Positions 26,751-32,962 of a stretch of DNA of 32,962 nt are shown piece after piece. The stretch comes from an uncultured Acidobacteriota bacterium (GTDB lineage: Bacteria > Acidobacteriota > Thermoanaerobaculia > Multivoradales > JAHEKO01), in assembly GCA_963713825.1 (NCBI GenBank), contig CAVQNG010000019.1:1-32962 (forward strand), read 5' to 3'. The translations under genes were made by a program, and so were the position numbers. Position 1 is the stretch's first letter, and every line of letters begins with the position of its first letter. Under the pieces are notes generated by a model that did not search any database, was not told the DNA's origin, and saw nothing but the letters and a program-made list of their open reading frames with translations.

Positions 26751-28804
26751 TTATGGAACTTGATCCGACCATTTGGAAAGATCGCCGGTTTCTAATGAGT
26801 CCCAGAAGAAGCCGCCGTTCCATTCGTCGGCGCCAATGTCCCACCGGGCTCCGTATGGCCGGGTTTCATGCTCCATATCACTCGAGATGAGATAGGGGAG
26901 TGCATCTCCGTTGTCCTTGGCACAGGTGTCGGCGCTGGCAAGGTGGAGATCCAAGGGTGAAGACTTGAACGCGGACTGGCAGCTCCGAGAGTGCGAGTCG
27001 CCTCCAGTAGAGGCACGCCAATCCCCTATGGACGAAAACTGTATGCCCTCTAAGCGCAGGTCTGCTCTTGAATCGAGGATGTTGAAATCAGAGTCCCAGT
27101 AGAGTGGGAAGTAGGCAAGGTCAAGATTCGTACCGTCTGGATATTGGCCAGCGATAATGTTGTTTGTCAAGCGAAGCCTCTCGAATCGGAAGTCAGACCC
27201 AGGATCAACGACTCGAATCGTGTCATCGGCTCTGCCAAAGAAAGTGTTGTTGATGACTCTGATGTTCGTGACGCAAGGTCCATCAGTGTTACCTTGCTTG
27301 ATCAGAAGGTGAGCTTTTGGAGATAGGGAACTGCTGATCATGTTGTTCACAATCCACATATCTCGAATGGCTTCCCTGTTGCCTCCGCTATCATCAAGCC
27401 AAATCGAGATGTTTCGATCCCTCTTTGTATTGAGAATGAGGTTGCCACTAATCACGATGTCGTCAGTGTATCTCTGTGCCAAAGAATAGGCGTCAGGTAG
27501 CTCTCCGTCAGCCAAGACCCACCCCCCAATCCAAGATTTCGTTGTTGACTATGTCCCAATCCACGGTGTGAGAGTCAATGTAGATGGCGGTGAGGCGATA
27601 GGGCGACCAAGCTTTTACGTTTCCGTCGAGAACGCTGTCCAGAATCTCGATTCCATCTGCCCACCCCCAGAGTTTCCAGGCGGTCTTAACTGCTCGACCA
27701 TCGCATACTTTCTCGTCGCACCCATGCGCTGTGATTGTCAGATTCTGGAATCTCCAAGGCCCTGCGATGACCTCACCTGTCAGGCTGGCTGCACCTCTGA
27801 AGGTGTATGAGCCTTCGTCGAGAGATTCGATGTTAGTCAAAGCGAATATTGAGGAGTGTCCCGAGTTGAACCAGCTGAAGGTTATCTTCGGCGAGTAGAG
27901 AGCTGCATCTTTGTTGATCCCACGGAGGCTGAGATCGTGGAGATGTCCGTGGGACGTCTCCCGAGTAACGCTGAACAGACTGGTGAAACCGCCACCCTCC
28001 GTGTTGGGCGTATGATCCCGTAGTCGCGAGCCATGAAGTGTGCCATTTCAAAGTAGGAGTGTGGCCTATAGAGCGTTCAACTTGAAGGCTCAAGCTCGAT
28101 CTTGAGCCGTCCAGGACGGAGTGTGTCGTCGGGGTCGAAGGGAGGGTAGCTACTCGTCGTCATCGTATCCCAGCCGACCAACATGGCTGGGTCCTTCGGA
28201 AATTGCCAATCTCGAGTCTCGAGCCGGTCTTCGGCTTGGTCCAGTATCCTGGCACCCCGTTGAACGCTTCTGGAAAACGAAAGGCATCGGGCGTGCAAGT
28301 GCCAGTAAAGCAAACGATGTCTTCGACCCCGCCTCTCGGACCGTTTGCAATCGTCGTCCCAGGCGTATTCGATGGTGCCGCAAGGCCGAAACCCGGACGG
28401 CCGCAATAATTGAAATTGCTGCCGTCGTCACAGTCGACGTAAATGAGGTCTTCCTCGATCCCATCCCCGTCGGGATCCACAGTATTTGCGACGATCTTGC
28501 CGCTGACTTGAGAGGCGTCACAGACGTTGCAGTCGGCTGCTTCACCGATGACACCGTTGTGATTGAGATCGAAGCCGCAGGGTCTTGACTGATATCCCCG
28601 TGCCGGCAGAGCAGAAGAGGAATTGTCAACAGGGGCAAGTTGAAGCAACTCGGTGTCTTCCGAATTTTCGCTTCCAGCAGCCATCGGAGAGGAATGGGCA
28701 GTCAAAATACAGAAGAATAATGGTAGCCAGAGGAGCCACATTCTGCTGGCCCTTTTCGACCTCACTACAACACTTACCAGCAACAACCGTTGTGCTTGCT
28801 GCAT
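26751..28804 (-). CDS. Secreted right-handed beta-helix-like protein (about 680 aa), broken by multiple frameshifts
   Basis: Signal peptide (MWLLWLPLFFCILTAHSSPMAA, ATG 28741 or 28804), DxNxNG/DxDxDG loops, IVNNEI/ISGNLI/IVNNMI/VINNTF/LTNNII repeats, DLHL...RPYGARWDIGADE and tail FFWDSLETGDLSKWS. Pieces lie in ORFs 28160..28804, 28077..28406, 27508..27840 (frame open back to about 28045) and 26751..27515. Confidence 0.7.
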
Positions 28805-29018
28805 TCAGAGTCTCCGGTCTCGATCAACTGGGAGCCGTCCCATGAATGAAACCGCATATCTCCACAAATGGCTGTGGACTTCTTTACACACATTTTGGGT
28901 GTGGTTTTACGGGTTTGCGCTCGAAGTCGAACCCTCGGCTGACCAAGGATGGCTCTAGAGGAGTTGAAGCGGCCGCAGACGAGTTGGCAACGATAGTTGG
29001 GGTGGTTGCAGTAACGCA

Positions 29019-30144
29019 TCAAATAGGGCCCGTGTGAAACTGACTTCTGTAGAGCTTCTCATAAGACCGCACCATTTTCGAAGCAGTGAAGTTCTTCAGG
29101 AAGCGCGTTCGGGCCCGGGCTGCGAGGTCCGACCGCAGGTGCGAGTCCGACAATGCCTGTTCAAGCTTTGCGCTGAGCCCCACCGGATCAGCCGGAGGCG
29201 CGAGCAACGCTTCGCGGTCGGGATCGACTGCGTCGCGAAAGCCTCGATGTCTGTAGCAACGATGCACTTCTCAGAGGCCATGGCCTCTAACAGCGCGATC
29301 GGCAATCCTTCCCATAGGGAGCTGAAAACTACGACATCGGCGATCCCTAGAATCCCGGGAATGTCCTGTCGATAACCGCCAAAGATGACCCTATTCTCGA
29401 GACCTAGCGAGCAAGAAAGGTGTCTGAGGCTGGCTTCCAGCGGTCCCTGTCCCAGGAGAAGAAGCTGAGTCGTGGCCTGCAAGTGACCTTGGTAGCTTTG
29501 CGAAGGCCTCGATCAGAAACGAGTATCCCTTCTGTCGACGAATCGACCCATTGCAGTAAGGACGCGCGAGTCGGGGGCCAGGCCAAGATCGGCGCGCAGG
29601 TCGGCTGTTTCCTCTGGGCTCATTTCTGGGGAGTGTTGATGGCGATCCCGTTGGGTATCACCGTCAGATTTGAGACCAGGACTGGCTGATCCTCCAGGAA
29701 GGAGGAGCCGACTGACTGGGCGCATGCCACGACTGCCGCACAACGAGGCAGAAGCCACCGATACCCGTGTTGCTGAAAGCGGTTGAATCGCCTTTGATTG
29801 TTATGGAGGGTCATCACAACAGGCATCTGACCAGCCAGACTGGCCGCCAGGAATCCGTGAAGGCTGTCGCCAAAAAGATGAGTATGGACCAGGTCGATCT
29901 TGTCGGATCTGAACAACTTCGAGAGTCTGAGGACAAGGGGAGGGTCGATCTTGGGAAGATATCGAGGGACCATAGTGACCCGGACACCAGAATTCTCCAG
30001 TCTTTGTCGAACAGGGCCATCAAGAGAGCAGTACACAAAGTGCTCGAGGTCGGGCGCTTGCAGCGTAGTAACGATGGACTCGAGGACCTTTTGAGCACCC
30101 CCGAGTCCAAGTCCATGTATGCAGTGAGCGATCCGTCGGTTCAT
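29019..30144 (-). CDS. GT4 glycosyltransferase, about 375 aa, four frameshifts
   Basis: MNRRIAHCIHGLGLGGAQ (ATG 30144), VIPNGI, GRF..QKGY, EGLPIALLEAMA, YEKLY. Indels at about 29630 (-1), 29535 (-1), 29490 (+1) and 29239 (-1); correcting them restores one normal-length ORF. Confidence 0.85.
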
Positions 30145-30151
30145 CGGCAGC

Positions 30152-31456
30152 TCACATCGTTCTGGATGCCCGTGAAGGCCACCCTTCGAGAGTGCCGGCG
30201 TAAATGCTCTCGAGGTCATCGGTCAGTGGTTCCGAAGAGAAGCTCCCCTCGATGAACCCTCTTCCGCAGTCTCCCATTCGCCGTCTGAGCTCCGGACTGA
30301 CGACCAAAGTGGATATTTGGCTCGCAAGAGCCGCCGGATCTGCTTCTGGTACCAGGAATCCACTTTCTCCTTCCAGAATCCCTTCTGGGATTCCACCACT
30401 CCTGGTAGCCACTACGGGCAGGCCTGTAGATTGCGCTTCCTGGAGAACCAGCCCCTGTCCTTCTTGCTCACTGGTCGAAGTGGTAACGCTCGGCAGGACA
30501 AAGATGTCCGCCTGGTCGTAGAAGTGCAGGATCTCCTGCTGGGTCTTCCAGCCATGGAAGGTCACCTTGGCCTCGATACCGAGATCTGCTACACGTTGGA
30601 GCAAGTCCTCTGTCAGTTCTCCTTCACCGACGATGTCATACCGAATCGAGACTCCTCTCTTTACAAGTTTCGCTACAGCTTCGATACCGTACCTCAGGCC
30701 TTTTACCTCGGTCAGACGGGCGACCGTGAGCAGTCTGCATTCGGATCGGCTTCGCCCGGAGCGATCTCTGTAGGGGAACTTCTCAGAATCGACGGCTACT
30801 GGGAGGATGACTGCTCTCTCGGGAGGGCAGCCCAGCTGAGTCATGTTGCTCAGCGTAAAGGAGCTGTTGGCTGTAAAAGCATCTCCCCGAGAGAACAGAG
30901 GTTCATAGAAGCCCGAACCCATTTCGATGGGTATGCGAGTCGCATCGTAGCCGTGAAAGCTCGTAATGACTGGGCTGCTGAACAGGCCTGCCTGTCGAAG
31001 AGCTACGCTCGCAAGGCCGTTCTGGCCGAAGTGAGCGTGGACGATGTCAAAGCTCTTCGAATCAAGGAACGGAAGCGCTGCGTACAGTAGCTTGAGCGAC
31101 AGAGCCTGGCGCTTCCACCGTGTGAAATTGAGCAAGGTCGGAATATGAAGCAGGCTCCGGGAGCCCTTGCCAACGGTCAGCGAGACGATCTTGAGAGCGC
31201 GGATGAGGTAGTTTTCTGGAACGGCTGGCAGGTAGGTGGTCTTGTCCAGCAACGAGTATTCGTGGACCCCAGAATGAACGGGCACATCCGTGCCCGGATG
31301 GCGAGCGAAGATCTGGATGCTGTGACCCCGTCGAAGGAGCGCTGTAATCTGATTCAGTATGAAAGTCTCGGACGGCGTCGGGAAGGCGTTGACCATGAAT
31401 GCGATTCGATAGGGACCTCGACCGTGCGGGACCGGCTGTTCTCGGAATGTTGGCAT
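30152..31456 (-). CDS. GT4 glycosyltransferase, WcaL/AmsK-like
   Basis: FPTPSETFILNQI, HAHFGQNG, SFHGYD, VARLTEVKG, EGQGLVLQEAQ. Start re-called at ATG 31456. Confidence 0.92.
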   Translation of the reverse strand: MPTFREQPVPHGRGPYRIAFMVNAFPTPSETFILNQITALLRRGHSIQIFARHPGTDVPVHSGVHEYSLLDKTTYLPAVPENYLIRALKIVSLTVGKGSRSLLHIPTLLNFTRWKRQALSLKLLYAALPFLDSKSFDIVHAHFGQNGLASVALRQAGLFSSPVITSFHGYDATRIPIEMGSGFYEPLFSRGDAFTANSSFTLSNMTQLGCPPERAVILPVAVDSEKFPYRDRSGRSRSECRLLTVARLTEVKGLRYGIEAVAKLVKRGVSIRYDIVGEGELTEDLLQRVADLGIEAKVTFHGWKTQQEILHFYDQADIFVLPSVTTSTSEQEGQGLVLQEAQSTGLPVVATRSGGIPEGILEGESGFLVPEADPAALASQISTLVVSPELRRRMGDCGRGFIEGSFSSEPLTDDLESIYAGTLEGWPSRASRTM

Positions 31457-31523
31457 GGGCAACCTGGTAATCCCTCGTTGGCGTTCCGGGCAGGATTGCG
31501 GGTATCGATCCCGATTTCGAGGG

Positions 31524-32862
31524 CTAGGTAGCCAGTCCCTTCTCAACCGTGGCCACCTCGGGGCCAACAGAACCGGGGTCCTCCGTTGGAGCGGTCTCCT
31601 CTCTCATCGCACCAAGCGCCGTCGCTCCCAGGGCCGCTAGCAGCCAGTAGACTCGATTGACGTAGGGGACATGCGTAAAAAGAGAGTCAGCGAGATTGTG
31701 AACCAGAATCCCAGCCAATCCTGCCGCAACGAGGAGAGTCTGGAATGAGGACTCTGTGAAGGACGAGCTGCGGTAGGCTCTGAGTCCTCCCACTATACCC
31801 AAGACGCCGAAAGTCAGATAGAGGATGGCAGCAGGATAGCCGTAGGCAACGAAAAGACTCAGGTATCCGTTGTGCGGTGTCTTGGCACCGCCCTTTTCTT
31901 TGATCGTGGGATCGATATCTGAGCCATGGCCGATCCATGGTTTTGTCAACGCCTTTTCCCAGTAGAAGCCCCAGCGTTCTTCCATCCGCCATTGTAAGGT
32001 GTTTTCTTCCATTGGGTTGGTCAAGGTGAGGGCTCGCCTTACTGTCGGCCGATTCAGGAGATCTGGCTTGAGTGCAAACAACAGAAGTAGAGCAATGAGT
32101 CCGGCTGGAATCAGGCGCAAGAGCCGGACTCTTCCTTTGTACTGGGCGAAGAGGAACCAGAACATGACAGCGAGACCTGCCACCACCCCGGCGACCGCCC
32201 CTCGAGACCCGGAAAAGAGAAGTACGCGCCCCAGAAGTAGGCAACTGACTCCATAGAACACCTTTGTCTTCCAAGTGCGTTCAACAAACGCGTATCCGAA
32301 TGATGCAATGAATGGCACGATCAGAACTGCACCGAGGCCGTTGCCTGTCTGGAAAGGGCCTTCAGCCCTGTTTCCTTGGAGGCCTTCCGGCAGTGCTATG
32401 AGCGCGCAGATTTGACCTGCGATGATGACTGCCAGCAAAGCCTGCTTCGACCGTGTGCTCTGTGCTCAAAAGCAGTGCTGCCAACGGGAAGTACAGAATC
32501 GGCTTCCATGCCGATCGGTAGACCTGATAGACAGCCCGATGAAAAGCGGTGAGATGCTGTTGGTTCTCCGGTGCGAGAAGGTAGGTGATGGACATCAAGA
32601 TCCCCAGCAGCACCCATAGCCAGAACAGTGGTGTGTCTCTTGCCATTATCCGGAAAGCCCCTGGTCTCCTGAGGAGGAGAGCGACCACCAAGACGGCAAA
32701 GATCACATCCGTTGGATCCATCAAAATGCCTGCAATGCTCGTATGTCCGGGAAGGAATGCCAGCAGAAGATCGAAAAGCAGCAGGTAGTAGAGGGGTGCT
32801 ACGAGAGCCAGGACTACGGCTGTTGCTGCTACGGCAGTGATAATGGAGGGAGTTGGCCTCAT
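31524..32862 (-). CDS. O-antigen ligase/Wzy polymerase-family protein, about 445 aa, frameshifted near 32440-32470
   Basis: RAEGPFQTGNGLG, FSGSRGAVAG, WR...W, PWIGHG, TPHNGYL, HNLAD. The N-terminal TMs are in ORF 32362..32862, one base out of frame. Confidence 0.85.
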
Positions 32863-32962
32863 CTGGGTGCGCTGCTGAGAAAGATCGAAGCTGGGGCTGC
32901 GGCGACTCTCAGGGGTTCTAGGAGTCCGAGAGCAGTCTTCGCATCCAGCGCGGCAACCATTC

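Noticed and set aside
28820-28925. Possible c-di-GMP-I riboswitch (GCAAAC on the minus strand)
   Set aside because: The GNRA-capped P2 stem and the following GACGCAAAG-type segment are not present.
32859-32962. 3' end of an upstream minus-strand gene
   Set aside because: Two frames are possible (EWLPRWMRRLLSDS* ending at 32918, or a frame ending in an ATGA overlap at 32859-32862); neither is identifiable.
1-32962. CRISPR arrays, tRNA/rRNA, transposases, integrases, prophage genes
   Set aside because: No repeat-spacer periodicity, RNA-gene signature or mobile-element motif was seen; nearly all sequence is explained by glycan-related CDSs.

Overview
A ~33 kb bacterial cell-surface glycan locus, roughly 55-62% GC in spot checks; the protein tail motifs suggest Acidobacteriota/Thermoanaerobaculia, which is an inference. 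The right part (15.2-33 kb) is a Wzx/Wzy-type polysaccharide cluster: a priming phosphoglycosyl transferase, five GT4s, a flippase, a Wzy/O-antigen-ligase-like protein, an O-acyltransferase, a NodB deacetylase, an orphan CapA metallophosphoesterase and a secreted beta-helix protein. The left part (1-15 kb, plus 18-19.7 kb) looks like an extracytoplasmic decoration module: four GT-C-like membrane glycosyltransferases, two polyprenyl-phosphate GT2s, an FAD oxidoreductase, an LPG-synthase-TM flippase-like protein and three alkaline-phosphatase-superfamily enzymes. Main points of interest: (i) the two sulfatase-like proteins carry Thr instead of the formylglycine-forming Cys/Ser; (ii) all three AlkP enzymes, from two families, end in the same [ML]DxETxxxLR[AS]LGY[IL][DE]-stop tail; (iii) the secreted protein ends in a FWDSLETGDLSKWS tail that may be a sorting signal; (iv) there is an apparent GT4::GT-C in-frame fusion. 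Seven genes are broken by small indels that become denser toward the right end, most likely sequencing or assembly error. No rRNA, tRNA, CRISPR array or mobile element was seen.
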